A DNA stretch of 64,000 nt from an uncultured Ignavibacteriales bacterium. GTDB taxonomy: Bacteria > Zixibacteria > MSB-5A5 > GN15 > FEB-12. Position 1 is the stretch's first letter, and each line of letters opens with the position of its first letter. The stretch lies in assembly GCA_964627305.1 (NCBI GenBank), contig CAZVHP010000003.1, forward strand, positions 64,927 to 128,926, read 5' to 3'. The notes beneath the pieces were generated by a model. The model ran no database searches. It was not told the DNA's origin and saw only the letters and a list, made by a program, of their open reading frames with translations. Both the position numbers and the translations under genes were made by a program. Positions 18,017 to 27,543 of the stretch are shown here, piece after piece.

Positions 18017-18892
18017 ATGGACGATATGCATGAGAAGCTACCCGGGCGCAAGCCTCCGTGGCTGAAGGTGAGCGGGTTCAGCGGCCATCAGTTCGAGCAG
18101 GTCAGCCATCTGCTCAAGGCGTATGGGCTGAACACGGTATGTCAGGCTGCGAATTGCCCCAATCGGGGGGAGTGCTTCAATCGGGGGACGGCGACCTTTC
18201 TGATCATGGGGCCGTTGTGTACGCGCAATTGCCGCTTCTGCGATGTTCCGCCGGGTGTGCCGGGCGAGTTGGATCCCGGCGAACCGTTGCGGGTGGCGCA
18301 GGCTGCAGCCGAACTGAAGCTGAGGCACGTGGTGATTACCTCGGTAACCCGGGACGATCTGCCGGATGGCGGAGCGGGGCAGTTTGTACAGGTGGTCAGG
18401 GAGATTCGACGGTTGCTGCCGCAGGCGACGGTGGAGATTCTGACGCCTGATTTCAAGGGGGTGGACAACGCGGCTGAGCTGATGATCGGGGCGCGCCCGG
18501 ATGTATTCAACCACAACCTCGAGACGGTCCCGCGGTTGTATCCCAGGGTGCGTCCGGGGGCGGACTATGGTCGTTCGCTGGAGCTTCTTCGACAGGTGGG
18601 GGAAGGTTCCGATTTTGCTACCAAGTCGGGGTTGATGCTGGGGCTGGGGGAGACGACTGGTGAGCTTCAGACCGTTTTCGATGACCTGTCCGCGGCGGGG
18701 GTGAGTATTCTGACTATGGGGCAGTACCTGGCTCCCTCACGGGAGCACTATCCGGTGCAGCGATACGTACCGCCGGAGGAGTTTGAGCAGATCGGCCAGA
18801 TGGCTCGTCAGGCCGGCATTCTTAGGGTAATCTCGGCGCCGCTGGTGCGGTCATCGTACCGGGCCGATGAGGCTATGGGCGATTCCCACTGA
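18017..18892 (+). CDS. lipA: lipoyl synthase
   Basis: N-terminal auxiliary cluster motif CPNRGEC and the radical-SAM CTRNCRFC motif. Full-length LipA-like sequence. Confidence 0.95.
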   Translation: MDDMHEKLPGRKPPWLKVSGFSGHQFEQVSHLLKAYGLNTVCQAANCPNRGECFNRGTATFLIMGPLCTRNCRFCDVPPGVPGELDPGEPLRVAQAAAELKLRHVVITSVTRDDLPDGGAGQFVQVVREIRRLLPQATVEILTPDFKGVDNAAELMIGARPDVFNHNLETVPRLYPRVRPGADYGRSLELLRQVGEGSDFATKSGLMLGLGETTGELQTVFDDLSAAGVSILTMGQYLAPSREHYPVQRYVPPEEFEQIGQMARQAGILRVISAPLVRSSYRADEAMGDSH

Positions 18893-19012
18893 TTCTTTCT
18901 TCTTACCTGTTTTCTCAGCGCAATCTTTTACCAATCAGTTTTCTTCTGGTGCGCCTCTTGTGTGGTTTAGCCGAAAGAGAGGAAAGATGAATAAAAGGGA
19001 TAAGGACCTGCG

Positions 19013-20527
19013 ATGACTGACACCTATCGAGCCAACATACTGGTTGTGGACGATGAGGAGTACGTCTGCAACATCATCGAGGAGTCCCTGAGTCAGGAGA
19101 ACTACAGCGTATCAGTGACCTCAGATCCCGCCGAGGCGCTGACGATTCTGCAGGAAAGACCGATTGATCTGGTTCTGAGTGACCTGGTGATGGGTGAATA
19201 TTCCGGTGTCCAGGTACTGGATGCCGCCCAGGCGATTGATCGGGATATCATAGTGATCCTGATGACGGCTCATCCGACGGTGCAGACGGCGATTTCGGTG
19301 CTGAAGAAGGGCGCCTATGACTTCATGGTCAAGCCGTTCAAGCTGGAGGTGCTCAAGGCGACGATCCGTCGCGGTCTGGAACACCAGCGGATCAAGCGTG
19401 AGAACCTCAGCCTGAAAGAGCAGGTGGCGTTCTTGAAGATAGCCAATAACTGCTCGGACGTACAGGACCTTGAGCAATACCTCAAGATGGTGGCCCACTC
19501 GTGTATGCGGGAGATGTCGGCGCAGGCCGTGGGGATCATCCAGGTCGATCCGGAGACGCGCCAGAAGATTCGGATGGTTGCCGAGGTCGAGGGGGAGATG
19601 CCCTCATCGGAGGTGGTCGACATGGCGACGGTGGGCCGGTTCGCCCTGAGCCGTGATTCTCGGCCGTTGATCGACTCGCGCCCGGTGACAGCCGGACGTC
19701 GTCGGACGGTGCGGACATTCATTTCGCAGCCGATCTACGTGGGCCAGAGTTTCCACGGGGTGGTCAACATCCTGTTGTTCAACCGGTTTGAGAGTGTCCG
19801 GCAGGGGCAGCTTAAGGTACTGACCATTCTCACCAATTCGGCCGCCTCGGCCATGGCTAACTATCGGTTGTATCAGGACTTGCGGGGATCATATCTGCAG
19901 GCCATTCATGGTTTGGCCAACGCTATTGAAGCGCGCGATGCCTATACTGCCGGACATACCGACCGCGTGAGCCGAATTGCCGAGGCCATAGCGCGGCACC
20001 TGGGGTGGTCGGAGATGCGCATCCACCACCTGCACATGGGGTGCACCCTGCACGACATCGGCAAGATCGGGGTGCCGGACAGTATTCTGAACAAGCCCGG
20101 CCGGCTCACCGATGAGGAACTGGCCCTGATGCAGGACCACCCGAGACTGGGTCTGAAGATCATCGAGGGCATCGACCTGTTCAAGCCGGCGGTTCCATAC
20201 ATTATCGCCCATCATGAGCGTTATGACGGTCAGGGGTATCCCAACGGTTTGAAGGGCGAAGAGATTCCGATCGAGGGTCGACTGTTGACTGTTGCCGATA
20301 CGATCGACGCCATCCTGTCCAATCGGCCATACCGGGACGGGGCCAGTCTTGAGGTGGCCATGCGCGAGCTGATCAACAATCGCGGCACGCAGTTCGACCC
20401 GCATCTGGTCGACGTGGCTATTGAGATCATTTGCACCGGCAAAGTTGACCTGGAGGCGATGTACGGTCACCCGTTCAATCTGGAGGCTCTCCGGAGTATC
20501 GTCAGCTCAGGAAAGGTACCGGTGTAA
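19013..20527 (+). CDS. response regulator with receiver, GAF-like and HD-GYP domains (c-di-GMP phosphodiesterase type)
   Basis: Receiver NILVVDDE...DLVLSDLVM. HD-GYP motifs HTDRV, HDIGK and HHERYDGQGYPNGL. Confidence 0.9.
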   Translation: MTDTYRANILVVDDEEYVCNIIEESLSQENYSVSVTSDPAEALTILQERPIDLVLSDLVMGEYSGVQVLDAAQAIDRDIIVILMTAHPTVQTAISVLKKGAYDFMVKPFKLEVLKATIRRGLEHQRIKRENLSLKEQVAFLKIANNCSDVQDLEQYLKMVAHSCMREMSAQAVGIIQVDPETRQKIRMVAEVEGEMPSSEVVDMATVGRFALSRDSRPLIDSRPVTAGRRRTVRTFISQPIYVGQSFHGVVNILLFNRFESVRQGQLKVLTILTNSAASAMANYRLYQDLRGSYLQAIHGLANAIEARDAYTAGHTDRVSRIAEAIARHLGWSEMRIHHLHMGCTLHDIGKIGVPDSILNKPGRLTDEELALMQDHPRLGLKIIEGIDLFKPAVPYIIAHHERYDGQGYPNGLKGEEIPIEGRLLTVADTIDAILSNRPYRDGASLEVAMRELINNRGTQFDPHLVDVAIEIICTGKVDLEAMYGHPFNLEALRSIVSSGKVPV

Positions 20528-21626
20528 AGGACAGGATCAGGATTACCAGGGCGGCTATTCCCATAGCTCGCGCGTAGGTTGGGGGGCGGGCCTGATCGCT
20601 GAGTGTCGGCGGATGCTTGACGCCGAAGATCACTCCGAGGGCGGCAAAGAACCACCACATAGTCGAGAGAAATCCCAGCAGGATCAGGGCACCGACGGCG
20701 ATCTTGCCCAGTGTGTGCTGACGTTTCTGCACGAGGCCGTAGAGCACGTGGCCGCCGTCGAGCTGACCGATCGGCAGCATGTTAATGGCTGTGATTAAAA
20801 GGCCGATCCAGCCGGCGAACGCGGCCTCGGAGAGGCGGTAGACCCACGCTTCGGGGGCCGGGCCGACCAGAAGCAGGGTAAGGGTTTGCATGAGGATTGA
20901 CTCCCCCCACAGTTGCAGGGGCATGTCGGGCGGGGCAAGCTCGGAGATGGGGATTGCCTCGGTACGCGTGAGCCCCCAGACAAGGACGATGAGCGTGACG
21001 ATCCAGCCGGCGATGGGTCCGGCGGCGCCGACTTCGAGCAGGTCGCGCCGGTTCCAGAAGGGGGATTTGGACTTGATGACGGCGCCAAAGGTGCCGATCA
21101 GGCTGAACCCGGGCAGGAAATACGGCCAGGAGATAATGATATGGCGCCGACGTCCCGCGATGAAATGGCCCATTTCGTGACAGAAGAGGATGACGATCAG
21201 CACCAGCGTGAATTCGAGGTTGGTGCCGCGGCCGAGTTCGACCAGGGTGCGGTCGAAGGCGAGTGTGAACGGGTCTCTGTCCGGGGCAAACTGCAGGAAG
21301 TAGATGTAGCAGCGCCAGTAGAGTGATATGAAGTAGACCGACGCAAGGGTGATGACAAACAGGATAATGTTGAGTTTCGGAATCCGCAGGCGGCGTTGCG
21401 CCTGCAGGGTGAGCAGCAGGGTGTCATCGCGCTCGTCGAGAGCATAGGTGTAGCCGCCGTAGCGCAGGCGGTCTTTGAGGAGGTCGACGGAGCGCGTTGT
21501 GTCGAAGCGTGGGGTCAGGCTGACCATGAGGCGGTCCTCCTGGCGGTACAGGGCGCCGATGTCGAACAGGTCGGCGACCAGGGCGGTGATTTCCTCCGCT
21601 CGTTTGTCTAAGGTGGTGTTGATCAT
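20502..21626 (-). CDS. M50 family (site-2 protease type) membrane metalloprotease
   Basis: HEMGH zinc motif within a multi-TM protein. The 3' end overlaps the convergent HD-GYP gene by 26 nt. Confidence 0.85.
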   Translation of the reverse strand: MINTTLDKRAEEITALVADLFDIGALYRQEDRLMVSLTPRFDTTRSVDLLKDRLRYGGYTYALDERDDTLLLTLQAQRRLRIPKLNIILFVITLASVYFISLYWRCYIYFLQFAPDRDPFTLAFDRTLVELGRGTNLEFTLVLIVILFCHEMGHFIAGRRRHIIISWPYFLPGFSLIGTFGAVIKSKSPFWNRRDLLEVGAAGPIAGWIVTLIVLVWGLTRTEAIPISELAPPDMPLQLWGESILMQTLTLLLVGPAPEAWVYRLSEAAFAGWIGLLITAINMLPIGQLDGGHVLYGLVQKRQHTLGKIAVGALILLGFLSTMWWFFAALGVIFGVKHPPTLSDQARPPTYARAMGIAALVILILSFTPVPFLS

Positions 21627-21682
21627 AGTCCTCAGGTATATACGTCGGCAGAAAAGCGGCGGACAAGCATCAACATCAAAGA

Positions 21683-21721
21683 GACAAAAAGAAAGCGAGG
21701 AGGCTTTGGGCCTCCTCGCTT
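21683..21721 (-). terminator. rho-independent terminator of the 1633-aa gene
   Basis: AAGCGAGGAGGC (21693-21704) pairs with GCCTCCTCGCTT (21710-21721). The reverse strand is followed by TTCTTTTTGT. Confidence 0.75.
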
Positions 21722-21752
21722 GATCTATGCGCTTGCGCGACAGACGACGGGA

Positions 21753-24700
21753 TTAGATTTCCCAGTCACCCAGCGGACAAGCACCGCACTCGAAGTAGAA
21801 CTGGATGAGGTACGCGACGTCAGCAGCGTCGATAGTACCATCAGCGTTCACATCGCCGAGGTGCTTGAACGGGATGGGACCAGGATTGGTCGCATCGTCG
21901 ATCACGTAAGATGCCAGATAGGTAATGTCGGCGAGGTTGATCACGCCGTCATTGTTGACGTCACCGCGCCCGAAGCCGGCCCACTTGTTGACGAACTGAG
22001 CCAGTTCGGCAACCTCAGCAGGCGTCGCGGGAGTCCCGGTGACGCTGGTCAGACCGAAGTGGGCGACACCAAAGGTGTACGTCTCGTTCGGTCCGAAGTC
22101 GTGGCCAGCGTAGGTGAAGTGAGCTTCGAAGTCACCGGCACTGGTGTTCTGGCTATAGTGGCCCGGAGCGTTGCTCAGGTAGATGTAGGCGGAATCGAAG
22201 TAGGCATTCCAATCCCACAGAGCAGCGCTTCCGATGAGGCCCTTGACGTTGAGCAGCGGCTCGTAACCGCATCCGAACGGCACCTTGACAGCACCCCAGA
22301 CGCCGGGAGCGCCCGCGGTGTAGGCATAGGCAACGGAGTTGCTGCGGTCGATGGCGATAGTATCGCCGGAGCCGATGTCATAGTCAATGTACTCACCGAC
22401 AAACCAATCCGGAACGTCCTGACCGTTACGCTCGGTGATTTCGAGGACCTCCATCGTCACGCTTGCCAGCGGGGCGAAGTTGGCCACACCGATCGTGCGG
22501 GTTTCGGCATACAGACCCATCGTGAGCGTGTCATCGAACGGACCGCCGAAGTTCGTCCAATCCCAGGCCGTGATGAGCGGATCAGGATTGCCATCGAAGT
22601 TCTGGACGGAGTCGATGTAGCTCTTGCATACGAAGTCGCCACTGATAGTCGAGTACGTCAGACCATCGGTCGAGTACTGACCCAGAGAGACACCGGTCTG
22701 GAGGTACGGCTTGCAGTCGTTATCGCACCAGTTCGGGTCACCCTGCATGGAGATGACTTCGTAGTCAGTCCCGCTGGTCCAGTCAGGCGAGTTCATGGCG
22801 AGACGGTACGTGTCAACACCCCAGATGTAGGAGCCACCGTAGTAGACACTCACATCACCGTCGATGTCGAACGCGTAGACGTTGTCGTCAGAATCGTGCT
22901 GATAGCCCATACGACCGGAGTTGTAGACGACCTGATAGTTGGCGGCACCCATACCGAAGTTGAGGTATGTGGTATCCTCAAGACAGCCACCGACAACGGT
23001 CGCTTTCATCTGAGGAGCCAGGGTGACGTCGTTCAGGAAGAAGTCCGGATCGTTGGTTTCGAGCTGGATATAGACCACGTTGGGACCGCGGCCGACCAGC
23101 TCGTTCTGGACGTTAAGGATCAGGTTGATGGTGTCACCCGGGGCGACGTTCTGACCGACGGCCGGGGAGACGATATTGTTGAGCCACACAGGGGCCGCAG
23201 AGGCGGCGCGGTTGTACAGCTCGTTACGGGTCAGGAGATCACGCGGATCGTCGATATCCGTGACCGACGCGGCGCGGGAGAACTTCTGGAGGAAGTGATC
23301 CCTGGCGACGCGGTCAGCGATGAACTCAGCTCTCTGGAGCAGTTCGTCGGCTGTGTAATCCGCGTTGCTGAACAGCGGAATACCGGGCGTGAACGGATTC
23401 TCATCGGCGTTCACACCGTTGAAGACGAGATCCAGACAGCCCGGGTTGTGGAACATCTGGCCGAAGTCAACGTTGATGGCGCCGGTGCCGAAGTTCAGGC
23501 CGGTCACAGCGTTGTATGACAGGAACTCAAGGCGCGCACGATCGGCACCTTTCTTGAGCAGGAAGATATCGCCCCAGAAGTCACCGACAGCGAGTTCACC
23601 GTTGGCGGACAGAGCGAAACCATTACCGATGTTGGAAGGACGGTCGATACGACGACGGAAGATTTCGTCACCGTCACGGCCGTTGAAGCAGCTCAGGAAG
23701 CCGTCTTCGGAGAACATGAACAGCAGCTCAGGCTGATCAGGCTCACAGGTCAGGATGCCGGTGGCACGGTAGCTGTCACCACCCTGCGCGCCAGAGACCC
23801 ACTGAAGGGCGCCATTCTGGCGGGTGAAGCACAGCAGGTTGTTGCCGGCCGGCGGGTTGACCCAGTTGGAGAAGGTTCCGATATAGACGCGGTTGCAATC
23901 CATGACCGGATGGTTCCAGAGGCTACGACCGGAGACACTCGCGGAGAGCGGCTCACCGGTGGTTGAGCTAATGCGATAGAAGACACCGTCTTCCGGATAC
24001 GCGGGTGAGTTAACGGTGGCGTTGACATAGATCTCGCCGCCGTTCACACCGGCGTAGTAGCTGATGCCGCTCCAGAAGTTCTCGAAGCCGGCAAAGCCCG
24101 GATAGACGTTGCTGCCCTGGAGGCCGAAGGTGGAGAGCTGCCACGCGATGGAGCCGTCATCGGCATTGATCGCGTAGACATCACCGGGACCGCCGGGCTG
24201 AGTGGCAAAGAACAGGCGGACGCCGTCGGTCGCACCGGAGACACCAACTGTGGCACCGAGGTTGACAGGGTTGGTCGCCCAGCCCTCACCCGGGAAGTTA
24301 GTCGGAGTCCAGAGCACACCGGTGGCAGCATCGGCAGCCTGAATCTTGCCAGTCTGGGTGCCCCAGTACACGACATCGCGACCGCCCTGGTTCAGGACGA
24401 CAAACGACGGATACTGGGTCTGACCCTGAATGGCTTCAGAACCGAAGGTGGTAAAGTCACGGGCCCAGATCAGGGCGCCAGTGGCATAGTCGATACAGAA
24501 GATGGACTGCTGCAGACCGCCGCCGACAAAAACGACCTCGGTCGGCGTACCGGCGATGTCGATCGTGTAGATGGTCGGGGTGCAGCGCAGGTTGTCACCC
24601 AGGTTCGGGTGCGTGAAGGTCCACACAACACTGCCGTCGGCCAGCGACAGGCGCTGGTACTGGTCAGTGAAGTTGGCGACCAGACCGGTTCCGGAAATGA

Positions 24701-26654
24701 CGGGACCGGAGTACAGGCCCATCCCCTGCGCCGGGTGTTCATACGCCCAGGACAGGTTCAGATCACAATGAGCGTCGTCGAGGGCAACATTTGACGCAGA
24801 GTTGCGAGCGAAGTTGCCGCCGGGCGCCCAGTAATCATCCACGATACCGCAGTTGCAGTCCGGGAAGGGCATGCAGCACATGTATGCATCGGCCAAGAAG
24901 GCGATGTCACAGGGGACACCCCAGCCGTCGCACATATACTCCCAGGTGCCGAGGTAGCGCTCGGCCGCGTTGTTAAGGCAGCCGCCGCCGCCGGCATCGG
25001 AGAGGGTACGGATACCGGTTTCCGGGGTCGGGGCGAAGGACTCGATGACAATCCAGTAGCCACCGCTGACGAACACGTTCAGAGGCGTGAAGTCAACGGT
25101 CTGAATGGCCGGATACACGACGTAGTCAGCCGGTTCAAGAGTGATACCGGCCAGCTTGGCGCCCGGCAGGCCACCGACGTCAGTCCAGACAGAGATTTCA
25201 GAGTTATAGGTGTAGATGTCCGGATCACCGTTGTCGTACAACGCCCATTCCACTTGCTGGACACGGCACTCGATGCCGCTGCCCGGCATGAACTGCGCGT
25301 TGGCGTCATCGCCATACGCATCCGGCAGACGCCAGAAGTAGGTGAGGCCGGCGAGGCACTGGTTGCCCCAGAAGCAGTCGGAATAGGGGTCGACACACAG
25401 ATACGGATCGACCACCAGGTTACCGTCAAATCCCCAACCGGTCAACAGCGGAGTCCAGGGCTGTCCGGGCCAGATGGAGGCCGCGCGGCCGACGCCGTCG
25501 GTACCATCGGAGAACAGGAACGACTCATAGTCGACTGTTCCGCTGGAGGACAAGACCACATGGAACTCGTTGCCGTCCTCGAAGACCAGACCATCGGCCT
25601 CGAAGTCGACAAAGTTGGCGGTAGGATACGCGGCATACGTACCGGCGGCCAGAGTCTTGCTGACCAGCAGATTGCCCGGAAGGCCAGCATTGTCGTCGTA
25701 GATGCTGACATACACGTCATCGTTACCGAACGAACCGTCGGCAGGATCGTGCACGAAGACATCGACGAACTTAAGAGTATCACTGGAGCCTACTTTGATA
25801 CGCTGCGCATAGGCGGTGTCGCCGAACACCGGGTGAGGAGCGGCAAGGTAGTAAGTGATATTCTTGTAATAAGTCTCGTAATCGCAATCGGAAATGGGCA
25901 ACTCAACACAGCAGCGCTCGGCCTCAATGACGAAGGCAACATCGACGCCCCAGTCATTGAGCATCGAGCCCCAGAAGCCGTTCCAGTTCTCAGAGGCGCG
26001 CTCTTCGCCCGAATGGGGGCCAAAGCCATCATCTGAGAGACAGGCCAGCACATCGCTCGGTCCGCCCAGGTTGGTCCAACCAATGTGGTATTCTTCACCG
26101 GTGGTGAAGATCCACTCGTTGGGGAAGTCGGCCTCGACCCAGTAGAGTCCGGACATGCCGACTGTGGAGATAGTAACGGAGTCGAGCTTGTTATTCGGGA
26201 AGCCGAAACCGTCAGTGTCCCACAGATAGACGCGCATGTCGGGTTCACCGACCTGAGCGGGACCATACATTAACAACCAACCGGCCAGAAGCGTGCACTC
26301 CTGAATTTCAGGCTCGACCGTAAAGCGCATATTGAACAGGTCGTCCCCGTAATTGTCCGGGATCGTCCAGAAGTAAGCCAGGTCACCGTAGTAACCCTGG
26401 AACTCACAGAAGGACGATTGCGGCGGAGCCGGAGTACCTTGGTGCTCGACAGGGAGCTCCAGGATGGCACTGGCCGGCTTCTTAAAGGACGGCTGAACAG
26501 GCCGGGCATCAGATACGGCATCGAACCTCTCGTGAAGCGGGTTCACTTTGATCACTTCATTGAGGGGGCCTTTGCCGGTATCTGATATTGCTGTACCGCT
26601 TAGAGCCATTACCAGACTCAAAACGAATACCGCGATTATCAGTCTCTTTAACAT
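21753..26654 (-). CDS. giant secreted protein: repeated N-terminal domains, PQQ-like beta-propeller, C-terminal dockerin
   Basis: Signal peptide MLKRLIIAVFVLSLVMALSGTAIS. Recurring motif YFW(T/R)(I/L)PD(N/A)YGDD. BamB/PQQ-like blades (DGSVVWTF, TGALIWARDF, DDGSIAWQL, NGALQWVS). Dockerin repeats GDVNNDGVINLADI and GDVNADGTIDAADV. Confidence 0.85.
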   Translation of the reverse strand: MLKRLIIAVFVLSLVMALSGTAISDTGKGPLNEVIKVNPLHERFDAVSDARPVQPSFKKPASAILELPVEHQGTPAPPQSSFCEFQGYYGDLAYFWTIPDNYGDDLFNMRFTVEPEIQECTLLAGWLLMYGPAQVGEPDMRVYLWDTDGFGFPNNKLDSVTISTVGMSGLYWVEADFPNEWIFTTGEEYHIGWTNLGGPSDVLACLSDDGFGPHSGEERASENWNGFWGSMLNDWGVDVAFVIEAERCCVELPISDCDYETYYKNITYYLAAPHPVFGDTAYAQRIKVGSSDTLKFVDVFVHDPADGSFGNDDVYVSIYDDNAGLPGNLLVSKTLAAGTYAAYPTANFVDFEADGLVFEDGNEFHVVLSSSGTVDYESFLFSDGTDGVGRAASIWPGQPWTPLLTGWGFDGNLVVDPYLCVDPYSDCFWGNQCLAGLTYFWRLPDAYGDDANAQFMPGSGIECRVQQVEWALYDNGDPDIYTYNSEISVWTDVGGLPGAKLAGITLEPADYVVYPAIQTVDFTPLNVFVSGGYWIVIESFAPTPETGIRTLSDAGGGGCLNNAAERYLGTWEYMCDGWGVPCDIAFLADAYMCCMPFPDCNCGIVDDYWAPGGNFARNSASNVALDDAHCDLNLSWAYEHPAQGMGLYSGPVISGTGLVANFTDQYQRLSLADGSVVWTFTHPNLGDNLRCTPTIYTIDIAGTPTEVVFVGGGLQQSIFCIDYATGALIWARDFTTFGSEAIQGQTQYPSFVVLNQGGRDVVYWGTQTGKIQAADAATGVLWTPTNFPGEGWATNPVNLGATVGVSGATDGVRLFFATQPGGPGDVYAINADDGSIAWQLSTFGLQGSNVYPGFAGFENFWSGISYYAGVNGGEIYVNATVNSPAYPEDGVFYRISSTTGEPLSASVSGRSLWNHPVMDCNRVYIGTFSNWVNPPAGNNLLCFTRQNGALQWVSGAQGGDSYRATGILTCEPDQPELLFMFSEDGFLSCFNGRDGDEIFRRRIDRPSNIGNGFALSANGELAVGDFWGDIFLLKKGADRARLEFLSYNAVTGLNFGTGAINVDFGQMFHNPGCLDLVFNGVNADENPFTPGIPLFSNADYTADELLQRAEFIADRVARDHFLQKFSRAASVTDIDDPRDLLTRNELYNRAASAAPVWLNNIVSPAVGQNVAPGDTINLILNVQNELVGRGPNVVYIQLETNDPDFFLNDVTLAPQMKATVVGGCLEDTTYLNFGMGAANYQVVYNSGRMGYQHDSDDNVYAFDIDGDVSVYYGGSYIWGVDTYRLAMNSPDWTSGTDYEVISMQGDPNWCDNDCKPYLQTGVSLGQYSTDGLTYSTISGDFVCKSYIDSVQNFDGNPDPLITAWDWTNFGGPFDDTLTMGLYAETRTIGVANFAPLASVTMEVLEITERNGQDVPDWFVGEYIDYDIGSGDTIAIDRSNSVAYAYTAGAPGVWGAVKVPFGCGYEPLLNVKGLIGSAALWDWNAYFDSAYIYLSNAPGHYSQNTSAGDFEAHFTYAGHDFGPNETYTFGVAHFGLTSVTGTPATPAEVAELAQFVNKWAGFGRGDVNNDGVINLADITYLASYVIDDATNPGPIPFKHLGDVNADGTIDAADVAYLIQFYFECGACPLGDWEI

Positions 26655-27543
26655 TTATTTCCTCCTTATAAGGAAAATCTAGCAATTCACGCGCTAAGAC
26701 TCTGCTGATTACCGGACTAACTGATACTTGCAATAAGTATCGGCAGTCATGTGGCAATCGGCCATATCCCATTGGTGTCCAGGGAAAGTCGGGATCATCC
26801 AAGCCTTAACCATGTGAATTCATTCTATTCCTATACTGGAGTCGGAGTCTCCAACTGGCTGATCAGTCGGGGTCTCCTGTTGTAGTCGTGTAGTATTAAT
26901 GCGAAGTTTCTTCTGCCTTGCATGCTCCTTAAGAAACTATCGGTCTTAAGCGTCTTTTTTGCACCTCCTCAAACGGCATTCAAGAAGGCCGTCCAAGTGT
27001 AGGGTTGTAGGTTGTAGGTTTAATGGAAAGAACAGACATACGAACGGCTGACTGTTACTTTCAGGGCAGACGTATCCGCTGATTGCTTAACAGCTTCAGC
27101 GCACACTGTCGGTGCAGAGGATGCAACTCACCCCTTGCAGGGTAAGTCCTGTCAGTTTTCGTTAGCTATTCGGTCGTTGAGGTATTTTTGTCGTACCTGT
27201 CACACCAAGCTTCACTTGTGGCTCTCGGAAGCTCGATACAACTGGCACACGCTCAAGTGCAAGATAAAGTCTTTCTTGGCGTTGTCAAGAGAAAAGCCGG
27301 AAATTATTTCCGGAATCGCAGTCTTAACATCAAAATAATGTTAGCGGTTGGCCGGTAGTTTTCGGCCGGAATTCGGGCCATTCTGGGGCAGTTTGGGGTT
27401 CTGCGAGTCATGGTCCTTATCACGCTGGATCACTTTGGATCACATTCGTCATCGGCGAGGTCGCCCGGCCCGGGAGCGGGCTTGACAGCGGTGGTAGTAT
27501 TTCGGTTTCTTGCGGACAATTCTAACGGGCAGGTGACAGGCAT

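Noticed and set aside
18987-19016. Nine-codon uORF (MNKRDKDLR) with a strong RBS, whose stop overlaps the ATG of the HD-GYP response regulator gene.
   Set aside because: It cannot be distinguished from chance by sequence alone and I recognise no leader-peptide logic. It is noted only in case ribosome profiling exists.
27241-27260. Sigma-54 promoter candidates containing TGGCAC (27242, 13866, 59563 and others).
   Set aside because: None has the GG-N10-GC spacing with TTGC at -12. For example, TGGCACACGCTCAAGTGC has the GC three nt too far away.
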